64,000 nucleotides of DNA, from positions 389,062 through 453,061 of the forward strand of contig CP066698.1 of NCBI GenBank assembly GCA_016432645.1. Direction: 5' to 3'. This stretch comes from Candidatus Falkowbacteria bacterium (GTDB lineage Bacteria; Patescibacteriota; Patescibacteriia; Patescibacteriales; UBA12465). A program made the position numbers and the translations under genes. The notes under the pieces are model-generated. The model was not told where the DNA came from and did no database searches. It saw nothing but the letters and a program-made list of their open reading frames with translations. Each line of letters opens with the position of its first letter. The first letter of the stretch is position 1. Of the stretch, positions 1 through 10,553 are shown one piece after another.

Positions 1-778
1 CCTGATTAAATAATGGTTGACCAATACCAATAGCTATTGACCAAAGCCAGAAAAATGCAACCGTACACATTAAAATAAAAGCACGACCATTATTAGTTCT
101 TAAAAACCAATCTAAAGTCCATAAAGCGGGTCCACCAGTACGCGGGGAGCGCCGATGAATTTTCAGACGTGCGTGGTCTTCAATCCCGCTAACAATTGCT
201 TGGAGAGGAAATTCTTCTCCGGCGGCAATTACGCGAGGAACATCAAAAACAGCAATGCCTCGGTCATTAGTCTTTCTCGTATAACGATGACCATCAAAAA
301 TGATGTCAACGTTAACTGGCAAGCCATAACCTTGCGCCTTAATGACTCTAATAAAAATACGGAAATTTCCTGCTCCGTCATGAGTGCGAATTAAAACGAT
401 TTTTTGAGGATCGTTTTTGGAAGCAGTAGCCTTTTCTTTTTCTGGTATTTCTACTGTAAGTAAAGATTTTTCATTTGAGTCCTTCATGAAGACTTCAAGT
501 GTGAAAATCTGCTTTTTGTCTGTCTGGGTGTATGGAACTTTATATTCCAGGAACCCAATAACGTCAGTGTCGGTTTGCGCAACTTGTTTATAGTTGCTGT
601 GGATGATGACGTTCAGGGCGCATGGTGTGCCGTCCTTACTGGTTCTGATTCTTAAGTTGATGTTAGAAGCATCAACAAAAGAAGTCACGTCTAACCCAAA
701 TTTAGGGGTTGATGGTTTTGTTGCTTTAGGAGCTCCTGTCCCGGAACCGCTGCCAGCACCTGTACCTGTAGTTGCCAT
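1..778 (-). CDS. Hypothetical protein, beta-rich N-terminal region followed by a predicted TM segment; runs off the left edge of the window
   Basis: Not in the ORF track because there is no stop in the window. ATG at 778 with AAGGAG upstream; open frame MATTGTGAGSGSGTGAPKATKPSTPKFGLDVTSF...RAFILMCTVAFFWLWSIAIGIGQPLFNQ; perfect promoter upstream. Confidence 0.75.
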   Translation of the reverse strand, partial: MATTGTGAGSGSGTGAPKATKPSTPKFGLDVTSFVDASNINLRIRTSKDGTPCALNVIIHSNYKQVAQTDTDVIGFLEYKVPYTQTDKKQIFTLEVFMKDSNEKSLLTVEIPEKEKATASKNDPQKIVLIRTHDGAGNFRIFIRVIKAQGYGLPVNVDIIFDGHRYTRKTNDRGIAVFDVPRVIAAGEEFPLQAIVSGIEDHARLKIHRRSPRTGGPALWTLDWFLRTNNGRAFILMCTVAFFWLWSIAIGIGQPLFNQ

Positions 779-882
779 AATTAATTTCTCCTTTTTTTCT
801 TTAGTTTATACTGTTTTTATTTAATATTTACTTGTAAAAGTACAATGTTTGCCAGACACTCCCAGCTCTCATTGTTGAAAGA

Positions 883-911
883 ATTATAGCATAGTTTTAT
901 GATTTTGTCAA
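883..911 (-). promoter_or_regulatory. sigma70 promoter for the 778 ORF
   Basis: TTGACA(911-906)-17 nt-TATAAT(888-883) on the minus strand. Confidence 0.8.
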
Positions 912-1060
912 TGAATGGGTTTACATGTATAAACAAAATTGCTAATATTAAACAATTTATTTACAAAAAGATTGTTATATATTTACAAATATCGCCAATT
1001 ATGATTATATTATATGAGTTTAACCATAATAATGTAATTTAACAAAAAGGAGAATTAGCA

Positions 1061-1444
1061 ATGAAAGATTATGAAATTTTATTGATATGTATAGCTGCTG
1101 TCTGTGTTGTTCTCTTTCTAATTTCAATCATATTCTCTGAACCCATCAGACCAATCGGAATTTTACAAATAGATAACAAGGCGACATTATTGGCACGCGA
1201 ACAAATACAAAAAAAGATGGAGAAAGAACGCGAGGCGGAAGAAAAAAGACAACTAAAAGAAAAACAAGAAAGAGATAAAAAAATAGGACTTATGCTTGAA
1301 GAAACTAAAAGACGCAAATTGGCAGAAGCCGCTTTATTGGAAGACAGAGACGTTTGTATGAATTGCTACACAGTTGAGCCAAAGCGTTGTTACTGCGGGC
1401 ACTGTACTGCTTGTTATGGTTGTTGTTCCATCTGCGATGATTAA
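1061..1444 (+). CDS. Small membrane-anchored protein with coiled coil and Cys-rich C-terminal (putative metal-binding) domain
   Basis: AAAGGAG SD; N-terminal TM; charged helix; CMNC..CYCGHCTACYGCCSIC. Confidence 0.75.
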   Translation: MKDYEILLICIAAVCVVLFLISIIFSEPIRPIGILQIDNKATLLAREQIQKKMEKEREAEEKRQLKEKQERDKKIGLMLEETKRRKLAEAALLEDRDVCMNCYTVEPKRCYCGHCTACYGCCSICDD

Positions 1445-1452
1445 ATCTTACC

Positions 1453-1519
1453 AAAGCCGGGAAAAATTTTTCCGGCTTTTTTATATACAAAAAAAGGGCG
1501 TCTCAATTGAGACGCCCTC
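1453..1519. terminator. Tandem intrinsic terminators between convergent genes
   Basis: AAAGCCGG...CCGGCTTTTTT and AAAAAAAGGGCGTCTC-AATT-GAGACGCCC hairpins. Confidence 0.7.
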
Positions 1520-1583
1520 GGGCATTTTGTTTTGTTGTTTTGTTTTTTGTTTTTGTTCTTAGAACTTTTTAATCAAAGCCAAA

Positions 1584-2216
1584 CTAAAGTGCAGTAATAG
1601 TAACCAACATCTTACAGGTATATTCACCAGCATCGGCCGATTGAATATTGGTAAACGTCGGATCAATCAATGTTTTGCGGATTGGCACGGCTTCTGAGGC
1701 GATTGAAGAGTTAATGTACGCTTTCATGTCCATTTTGATTTGACCGTTGTGTGGAGCCTCTGAATAAGATTTAGTGTAGGGAAATTGATGTGCTCCCTGC
1801 AGCCAAGTTCCATAAAAAAGGTCCTGAACACCATTGGTTGTAAAATGGATCTGGTACAAAGTCGGTAAAATGTCATAATCACCACCGTGTGCACCAACTT
1901 CCTGGCGCGCGAATCTTGGTACTCCCTGGTTGGCATCATTATTTCCGGAGATAGTAATAGAAAATGGACAATTGGCATATCCAACGTTCCACTCTCCCAT
2001 AGCTCCATAAAGCGATTCCATCGGCCCGCCATAATTCACCTGATGACTGGTTGTTCCAAAATCCCAACTTACCGGCGACGGCATACATTCAATGTATTTA
2101 TCCACCGTCATTGAGAGGTTAAAAGTTACATCATCAGTTGTTTGCGCTTTCGACTGGTTGGTCACGAACATCATTGTTGCTACTAAGAGCACCGAAAAAA
2201 TCATTAACTTTTTCAT
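1584..2216 (-). CDS. Secreted pilin-like beta-sandwich protein (putative major subunit)
   Basis: Sec signal peptide (SKA-QTT); C-terminal AGEYTCKMLVTITAL strand of the type seen in Csu/spore-coat-U pilins and WxL proteins; has its own promoter. Confidence 0.6.
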   Translation of the reverse strand: MKKLMIFSVLLVATMMFVTNQSKAQTTDDVTFNLSMTVDKYIECMPSPVSWDFGTTSHQVNYGGPMESLYGAMGEWNVGYANCPFSITISGNNDANQGVPRFARQEVGAHGGDYDILPTLYQIHFTTNGVQDLFYGTWLQGAHQFPYTKSYSEAPHNGQIKMDMKAYINSSIASEAVPIRKTLIDPTFTNIQSADAGEYTCKMLVTITAL

Positions 2217-2348
2217 TTTTATAAGTTTTTGTTGTTACATCCGCGCACTATTGCTTGGATTATTTTAGATTCCATCTAGCTAATGAAAGCCAAAATAATC
2301 CAAACAAGCTCGCTTAATAACTTATTTGAAGGTGCAAACACAAATGAG

Positions 2349-2377
2349 AATATAACAAATGAATCATTTCTTGTCAA
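2349..2377 (-). promoter_or_regulatory. sigma70 promoter dedicated to the 210-aa pilin-like gene
   Basis: TTGACA(2377-2372)-17 nt-TATATT(2354-2349). Confidence 0.7.
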
Positions 2378-2398
2378 GCTTTAGCAAAATAAAGATAA

Positions 2399-2436
2399 GG
2401 GGGGCTACGCAATGTGCATAGCCCCGCCTTTTTTTC
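2399..2436. terminator. Hairpin terminator after the secretin gene
   Basis: GGGGCTACGCA-A-TGTGCATAGCCCC imperfect stem followed by a T tract. Confidence 0.5.
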
Positions 2437-2449
2437 TGTTATATTACTA

Positions 2450-3769
2450 CTATCCGATTATCTTCGGACTTAAGAAAATAACTAACTCAGTTTCTTTTTT
2501 GCTTTCGTCTTTAGCCCCAAAAATAAAACCAATTAATGGAATCTTCCTAAAAAAAGGAATGCCGCTTCTTTTGGTTTTTTCGTTTTTCGTAATCAGACCA
2601 CCAATGGCCACTGTTTCGCCATTTTGAACCTTAAGGGTCGTTTCAGTGGAACGGCGAGCAATAATCGGTAATTTTTGTGTCGGCCCACCATTAGACTTAA
2701 ATTCTCTTTCCCCAACAATGTCAGCAACTTCTGGTTTAACAACCAGACGAATCTGACCGTCGCGAGAAACAAAAGGCTGAACCCTTAATTTTGTGCCCAC
2801 GGAAACATCTTTAGTCGTGAAATAATTATAGGCGGCGCCACCACCGGAGAGAATTAAAAACAAATGCTCTTCGGTAATATTAATTTCGGCTTTTTCACCA
2901 TCTTCCACTACAATTTTAGGCTCAGCAATAGTTTTTATTTTAGTGTCATAACCATTGGATGACAAGAAGGATGTCAGACTGGAAGTTAAATTTAAAGACA
3001 TGGCATTAGCCCCGCCTTTAATAAAATCTCCAATTCCCAGAGCAGATAAATTTAAATCGCTCCATTGAACGCCTAAATTAGTTCCCTTCTCCCATTCTAC
3101 CATTATGAACTGTGCGGAAATTTCCACCAATCGTTTGGATTTATCTATCAAGGAGATGTCTCTCTCTAAACGATTAATAATATCCGGCGTGGCGGTAATA
3201 GTTATCGTTTGCCCGTCCGCCCTAACAAATGTTTGATAGTAAGGAGACAGTTGGGAAAGAATTTTTTCCGCTCCGCGGTTGGTCTTAATAGTTTTAGTGG
3301 CTGTTAAAGTTCCAAAACTATCATTTTCCGGTAAAGCCTTGCCCACAATATAATAATTACCGTCAGCTACATAGCGATATTTATAACCGCCAGGGTATAA
3401 AATCATTTCCAAAGCTTTTTCGAGCGGTGCATCTTTCAGAGAAACGGTAATTGAACCCTCAACGGTGTTATCCGGAATAATGTTAATACCGGTGACCGAA
3501 AAGAAATCCAAGGTAAGCAACGCCCTAATATCAGCTTCTACATAATTGCCGGTAATCAGCGGCTGGCGAACATTATTATTTTCTTGTTCGCTCAGGAGAG
3601 ATTGATACTTGGCTTCGGCAATTGAATCTTCGGATTGCTCCAGGGATTTAATCTCGGCCGGAGTTAGCGTCGGCTTCTTATTAACGGCAATCGGTTGTCT
3701 AACTGTAGCACAGCTAATAACCAGCGTGCTGATAAAAATCGCGAAAAATAATTTTACTGATGTTTTCAT
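2450..3769 (-). CDS. Secretin (PilQ/GspD superfamily), lipoprotein, STN + N3 + secretin domains
   Basis: Lipobox VISC; ADIRALL..TGINII..V.G.IT (STN); LGVQW, EPKIVVEDGEKAEI, VGTKLRVQPFV, GETVAIGGL, GIPFFRKIPLIGFIF, ELVIFLSPKII secretin motifs. Confidence 0.92.
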   Translation of the reverse strand: MKTSVKLFFAIFISTLVISCATVRQPIAVNKKPTLTPAEIKSLEQSEDSIAEAKYQSLLSEQENNNVRQPLITGNYVEADIRALLTLDFFSVTGINIIPDNTVEGSITVSLKDAPLEKALEMILYPGGYKYRYVADGNYYIVGKALPENDSFGTLTATKTIKTNRGAEKILSQLSPYYQTFVRADGQTITITATPDIINRLERDISLIDKSKRLVEISAQFIMVEWEKGTNLGVQWSDLNLSALGIGDFIKGGANAMSLNLTSSLTSFLSSNGYDTKIKTIAEPKIVVEDGEKAEINITEEHLFLILSGGGAAYNYFTTKDVSVGTKLRVQPFVSRDGQIRLVVKPEVADIVGEREFKSNGGPTQKLPIIARRSTETTLKVQNGETVAIGGLITKNEKTKRSGIPFFRKIPLIGFIFGAKDESKKETELVIFLSPKIIG

Positions 3770-3787
3770 TTCTTAATTTTTTGGTAA

Positions 3788-4960
3788 TTACTTTTTTGTT
3801 GTTTTATTAATTAAATTATCTTTAGAACAAGTGGCAAACACTTTAAGTTCAGTACCTTTACCCCTCTCCGGGCTAAAAAAAACCAAACTTTCTTGTTTTT
3901 GCGAAGCGTCATACTTAGCAACTAAAATGGTTGCCATAATATTACGAACTTCGCCAGGCTTTAAAGTCAGGCTATCAGGAATAATTTTAACCCAATCACT
4001 CGAGCCAATTTTGACGCTCAAAGGCTGATAATCAATATTGGTCAAGGTGATAGTCTTAGTTAGGCGCCCGCCATCAGGAATAAATAAATCTAAATTATTG
4101 CTTTTCAAACGCAAATATTCAAATTTACTATCATTAAGCGGCCTCTTTCTAACAACCGAAAATTTCTGAGCGACTCGTTCTTTCTTGGAACTGCTGCCAT
4201 AATTAAACGAAGCTTCAACAATATAGTCTCCAGCCGGCAATTGCCTGTTAAGCGCTCCGGTAAAATCGCGTATGTTACCGGGGAAAATAAAAGCGGCTTT
4301 AGTCGGGCTGCTTAAAGCATTAAGACTAAAGGTGCCATAATTTATTTTACCATCGACACTTCTGACAACAGCGTCGCCAGCAACATCCAAATGAATAAAG
4401 CTGGTGTTCTTGAAAGCAGCTTTAATCCCTACCAAGCTGTCAGTTTTTAGAACTTGCAAATCCAGAGCTTCGCCTTTTTTTTCATAGGTTCGCCCTGGGA
4501 CTTCCAAAATTACCACTACTGCCGGCCTGACCATCATTAAAAATTTAAGCTTGCGGCTTTTATCGTCAACGACGGTGTATTTACTGGGCTCCACCAATAT
4601 CACGGCATAATATTCTCCGGGCTGGGCATTTAGGGGGACGGAAATCTTAAATTTAACTTCCTTAGCTTGATCTTCAAACAAAATCAAATTTTTTTGTCCC
4701 ATCTCTATAAACTGAACCGCAGAATTTTTTCCGGGCACAGAGTCAAAAGAAAAAGCGCCGCCTCTATTCATTGAAAGATCAGAGGGATAAAGCACTAGAT
4801 CTTGGCTTTTGGCACCTTTGGAACCAAAAACTTTTAACGTAAACTCTTGGCTCGAACCGCGCGCAACTGATACATCATAACGCACTGGCGAAACTTTAAC
4901 TGCGTAAGCGCAACTCAAAAACAGGCTTAGCGCTAAACAAAGCAAAATTTTTCTTTTCAT
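3788..4960 (-). CDS. Secreted PapD/DUF916-like multi-Ig chaperone-type protein
   Basis: Signal peptide then VKVSPVRYDVSVARGSSQEFTLKV and VPLNAQPGEYYAVILVEP, patterns typical of pilus chaperone / WxL-interacting proteins. Confidence 0.6.
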   Translation of the reverse strand: MKRKILLCLALSLFLSCAYAVKVSPVRYDVSVARGSSQEFTLKVFGSKGAKSQDLVLYPSDLSMNRGGAFSFDSVPGKNSAVQFIEMGQKNLILFEDQAKEVKFKISVPLNAQPGEYYAVILVEPSKYTVVDDKSRKLKFLMMVRPAVVVILEVPGRTYEKKGEALDLQVLKTDSLVGIKAAFKNTSFIHLDVAGDAVVRSVDGKINYGTFSLNALSSPTKAAFIFPGNIRDFTGALNRQLPAGDYIVEASFNYGSSSKKERVAQKFSVVRKRPLNDSKFEYLRLKSNNLDLFIPDGGRLTKTITLTNIDYQPLSVKIGSSDWVKIIPDSLTLKPGEVRNIMATILVAKYDASQKQESLVFFSPERGKGTELKVFATCSKDNLINKTTKK

Positions 4961-4978
4961 TTCTTAATTTTTTGAGAT

Positions 4979-5476
4979 TTAAATTTTGGTTAAACGAATG
5001 TTTATTTTGGCAGTGTAAATTCCAGCGTCATCGGACTGATTGTCCTGAACGAGTTTAGAGGATACTTGAACTGCTAAATCAATAAATAGAGTATACGGCT
5101 GCTCCAAAATTTTGGGAAAAACCGTAATTTCCATTAAAGACAGCTCTTCGGAAGTCTTGTTTTCAAAAACAAAGGGTTCGATAATCCCCGGTGAAAAAAT
5201 CTTTCCCGAATACAATGTAGTTAGCCTATCAATATTAGGCACGCTAACTCCAAACTCCAGAGATTTTTTACCGGACTCCTCTTTCTGCAGAACCGACTGG
5301 TTCCCCAAAAATAGTATTTTCCTGGGGCCAATCAAGTTCTCACTTAAGATTGCTCCACTAATAACGCCAGTGCTAATTCCTCCAGGAACGCTGATATTTG
5401 GCAATATCATGTTTTGGGAAAAGCTGATAATTGGCGCTAATAAAACTAAAAAAAGTAATAATCTGATTCTTTTCAT
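4979..5476 (-). CDS. Secreted pilin-like protein (putative minor subunit)
   Basis: Signal peptide (SFS-Q); C-terminal DAGIYTAKINIRLT matches the 210-aa protein's DAGEYTCKMLVTIT. Confidence 0.55.
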   Translation of the reverse strand: MKRIRLLLFLVLLAPIISFSQNMILPNISVPGGISTGVISGAILSENLIGPRKILFLGNQSVLQKEESGKKSLEFGVSVPNIDRLTTLYSGKIFSPGIIEPFVFENKTSEELSLMEITVFPKILEQPYTLFIDLAVQVSSKLVQDNQSDDAGIYTAKINIRLTKI

Positions 5477-5554
5477 TTTTCTCGTTTTTTGTGTGTTTTT
5501 TTATTTTTTGTGTTAAATAACTATAGTTTTCTTATTTTAAAACTAACCTGGAAA

Positions 5555-5583
5555 AATATAACTCATTGTAAGAAATTTGTCAA
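5555..5583 (-). promoter_or_regulatory. sigma70 promoter of the pilin/chaperone/secretin operon
   Basis: TTGACA(5583-5578)-17 nt-TATATT(5560-5555). Confidence 0.7.
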
Positions 5584-5609
5584 TAGCTATAAAACGAGCT
5601 AACATATAC

Positions 5610-5642
5610 AAAAACAACCCCTTTCGGGGTTGTCTTTTTTTT
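5610..5642 (-). terminator. Terminator downstream of tRNA-Thr
   Basis: ACAACCCC-TTTC-GGGGTTGT hairpin flanked by A/T tracts. Confidence 0.75.
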
Positions 5643-5645
5643 CTG

Positions 5646-5718
5646 AGCCGTTGACCGGGATTGAACCGGTGACCTTCTCCTTACCATGGAGATGCTCTAC
5701 CAGCTGAGCTACAACGGC
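5646..5718 (-). tRNA. tRNA-Thr(GGT)
   Basis: GCCGTTGTAGCTCAGCTGGTAGAGCATCTCCATGGTAAGGAGAAGGTCACCGGTTCAATCCCGGTCAACGGCT; cloverleaf; CCA not fully encoded. Confidence 0.95.
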
Positions 5719-5722
5719 AGAC

Positions 5723-5824
5723 GGCAGGAATACATTTTTTCGCTTCGGTCGTTTCTGGCGCGAAAACTCATTACATTCGTTTTCACTGTACGAAACGACA
5801 GGCGCTCTCAAATATATTCCTACC
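5723..5824. repeat. Nested ~100-nt palindrome (REP/MITE-like or tRNA leader structure)
   Basis: GGCAGGAATACATTT/AAATATATTCCTACC, GTCGTTTC/GAAACGAC and GAAAAC/GTTTTC nested inverted repeats. Confidence 0.55.
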
Positions 5825-5827
5825 TTT

Positions 5828-6634
5828 TTATAAATTTTCTATTTCCTCCTTCAACTCCGACAGCTTCTGATTTTCGGGATTAGCGGCCGCTAACTTTTCA
5901 AAATAGCGGAGTGCCGATTCTTTATCTTTCCTTATTATACTTAAATCCAAAATTAAATCAAGATAACGCGGACTGCTTGCCTCAAATTCCAAAGCTTCCA
6001 GAACATTATCAAAGGCGGCATCATAATGTCCGGCTAATTTCTCTAGCCAAGCAAGCGAAAAATATATTTCCGGCAAACTTAAGTCCCCGAGCATTTTCAA
6101 ATCATCTTTAAACTGCTTTGCTAATTTCAAAGCATACTCATAAGTCTGGCGCGCTTCCGGAAATTTCTTCAATTCTTCATAAATACCACCGAGCTTAAAA
6201 AAGGCTCCCAGATTCTTCTGATCAAGACTGATAACTTCAACTAATTTTTCTTCGGCCTCGTTAAATTCTTCTTTTTTAATTAAATCCTCAGCGGCCGATA
6301 ATAACTCCTTAATTTGCTTTTGTTTTTCCGGCCAAGGCATCTTAGAGCTAGCTTTATAGCTCAACTTCATCTTTTTTAAATTTGTGTGGGCGGCTTTCAA
6401 TAATTTAGACAAGCTGGAGTTGATAAATAAAAAAATGCGTCCAAAAAATCCGCCCCACTTGGCCAAATCTCTTTCCACACGCGCTTTAATAATAGTGTTT
6501 TTAAATTTAGCCTCTTTCTCTCCTGGTAAATTATTAACATCTAAAATCGCTAGTGCCGGAAACTTTTTAATAACAATAGCGAGAATAACCGCCAAGGAAA
6601 TAAGAACTAAAATTATAGAAATAATAGTAAGCAT
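5828..6634 (-). CDS. Membrane-anchored TPR protein
   Basis: N-terminal TM (probable start MLTIISII at 6634); TPR helices (AEEKLVEVISLDQKNLGAFFKLGGIY). Confidence 0.8.
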   Translation of the reverse strand: MLTIISIILVLISLAVILAIVIKKFPALAILDVNNLPGEKEAKFKNTIIKARVERDLAKWGGFFGRIFLFINSSLSKLLKAAHTNLKKMKLSYKASSKMPWPEKQKQIKELLSAAEDLIKKEEFNEAEEKLVEVISLDQKNLGAFFKLGGIYEELKKFPEARQTYEYALKLAKQFKDDLKMLGDLSLPEIYFSLAWLEKLAGHYDAAFDNVLEALEFEASSPRYLDLILDLSIIRKDKESALRYFEKLAAANPENQKLSELKEEIENL

Positions 6635-6638
6635 GAAT

Positions 6639-7370
6639 TTAAAGTTTAACGATTGAAGTAAATTCCGGGACATTGAGACTGGCACTGCCAATCAATAAGC
6701 CGTCAATATTTTTTTCTTGTAAAAACTGTGCGGCATTATTGCCATTGACGCTGCCACCATAAACGACTCTAGTTTTCTTCCCTAGAATCTTAACAATTTC
6801 GGCTTTTAAGAAAACGTGGATAGCCTCAGCCTCTACCGGAATTATCGGCTCACCGGTCCCAATCGCCCAAAGCGGCTCATAAGCAACAATTAACCCAGAA
6901 GAATTTTTGATATTTATTTCTTTTAAAGCACTTTTAATCTGAGCTAACAAAACTTTTTTAGTTTGCCCTAATTCTCTTTCATTCAGAGTTTCGCCCACGC
7001 AGACAATAGGAATTAATTTAGCCGCAATCGCTGATTTTACCTTAGCATTTATCAAATCAGAATCTTCTTTCAAAATTAACCGCCTTTCACTATGACCGAT
7101 AATCACATATTTAACACCGAGCTCATTTAAAGTTGCCGGCGAAGTTTCACCAGTTAAAGCGCCACGGTTTTTAAGCGCGCAATTTTGAGCGCCTAATAAC
7201 AAGTCGCCACCTTGCAAAATATCAGCAACGGGGGCGATAGCTAAAAATCCCGGGCAAATAACGGTATCGTTTTTAGGTTCTTTAATTTTTTTCTTCAACT
7301 CTTTAGCTAAAATCAAACTATCCTTAAAACTTAACTGCATTTTCCAGTTGGCAATAATAATTTTTTTCAT
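6639..7370 (-). CDS. tpiA: Triosephosphate isomerase
   Basis: ANWKM, IIGHSERR, AYEPLWAIGTG and YGGSV all intact. Confidence 0.97.
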   Translation of the reverse strand: MKKIIIANWKMQLSFKDSLILAKELKKKIKEPKNDTVICPGFLAIAPVADILQGGDLLLGAQNCALKNRGALTGETSPATLNELGVKYVIIGHSERRLILKEDSDLINAKVKSAIAAKLIPIVCVGETLNERELGQTKKVLLAQIKSALKEINIKNSSGLIVAYEPLWAIGTGEPIIPVEAEAIHVFLKAEIVKILGKKTRVVYGGSVNGNNAAQFLQEKNIDGLLIGSASLNVPEFTSIVKL

Positions 7371-7371
7371 A

Positions 7372-8301
7372 CTATTTATGCTTATTATTTTTAGCCCAGT
7401 CAATCGTTAATTTAATTCCCGTTGCTAAATCAATCTTCGGCTCCCAATTTAAAACATCCTTGGCTCTTTGACGGCTTAAACAGCTTCTTCTCTGCTCGCC
7501 CGCTTTCCCTGCCTCTTCCTTAACCTTAATCTTTTCCCCCAGGGCAACTTCAATTCCAGAAATGATATCCAGCAAACTGGATTCTTGGCCGGTACTGATA
7601 TTAATTTCACCGCGGCAATCAATTTCCTTGGCCGCATTTAAAGCCTCGACCACATCAGAAACACAAACAAAATCGCGCGTCTGCCGGCCATCGCCGAACA
7701 TCTTGCTTTCCAGCCCTTTAACGGCATTATCAATAAAAATAGCAATCACTCCGGCCTCCCCGCCCTTAAATTGGCGTGGGCCATAGACATTGGCAAAACG
7801 CAAAATCGTATAATTTAAACCGTGAACCTGATAGTAATAATTTAAATATTTTTCAAAAGTTAATTTATTGATGCCGTAAGGCGAGAGCGGATAAGTCGGT
7901 GCGTATTCGGTTGTCGGAATTTCTTCGGCTTCGCCATAAATAGCGCCGCCAGTGGAAGAAAAAATAATTTTCTTAACATTATTCACCCGGCAATTTTCTA
8001 AAATATTTAAAGCACCGACAACATTAACGTCGTTGTCTAGCTGTGGGTTGGCTACTGAAACCCGCACGTCAATTTGGGCCGCTAAATGATAGACAAAATC
8101 AAATTGCTCGCGCTTAAAAATTTTAGCAACCTTCGCAGATCGGATATCTACTTTATAAAGTTTTGCTTTATTATTAACATAATCTTTGCGTCCGGAGACT
8201 AAATTATCAATCACAACCAGCTCATGTCCTTCGGAAATAAGCTTATCAACTAAATTAGAACCGATAAAGCCGGCGCCGCCGGTAACAAGAATTTTAGCCA
8301 T
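7372..8301 (-). CDS. NAD-dependent epimerase/dehydratase (UDP-glucose 4-epimerase-like)
   Basis: TGGAGFIG, HLAAQ, SPYGINK, LRFANVYGPRQ, RDFV. Confidence 0.92.
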   Translation of the reverse strand: MAKILVTGGAGFIGSNLVDKLISEGHELVVIDNLVSGRKDYVNNKAKLYKVDIRSAKVAKIFKREQFDFVYHLAAQIDVRVSVANPQLDNDVNVVGALNILENCRVNNVKKIIFSSTGGAIYGEAEEIPTTEYAPTYPLSPYGINKLTFEKYLNYYYQVHGLNYTILRFANVYGPRQFKGGEAGVIAIFIDNAVKGLESKMFGDGRQTRDFVCVSDVVEALNAAKEIDCRGEINISTGQESSLLDIISGIEVALGEKIKVKEEAGKAGEQRRSCLSRQRAKDVLNWEPKIDLATGIKLTIDWAKNNKHK

Positions 8302-8436
8302 ATAAAAACATCATAACACGATTTTTTGATAAAAAAAAGTCCTCATATCCGCCCTCTTAAAACTTGCTTTTCTCCTTTCTTTTTGCTAAAATAATAGTAG
8401 ATAATTAATAAACTTAGCCAGAATTAATTAGGCTAA

Positions 8437-10530
<2,094 letters not shown>

Positions 10531-10553
10531 AACCTCAATGAGGATTAACATTT

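Noticed and set aside
155..824. Plus-strand ORFs 155-394 and 594-824
   Set aside because: Shadows of the minus-strand ORF starting at 778, which has the SD and promoter
1584..5476. Filamentous prophage (pIV secretin) or T2SS/T4P cluster
   Set aside because: No Zot/pI ATPase, replication initiator, small coat genes, prepilins or assembly ATPase next to the secretin
1..5645. att duplicate of the tRNA-Thr 3' end delimiting an island
   Set aside because: No copy and no integrase found by eye in the window, so island status is unproven
5599..5883. ORFs of 70 and 65 aa
   Set aside because: They overlap tRNA-Thr and the palindrome; spurious
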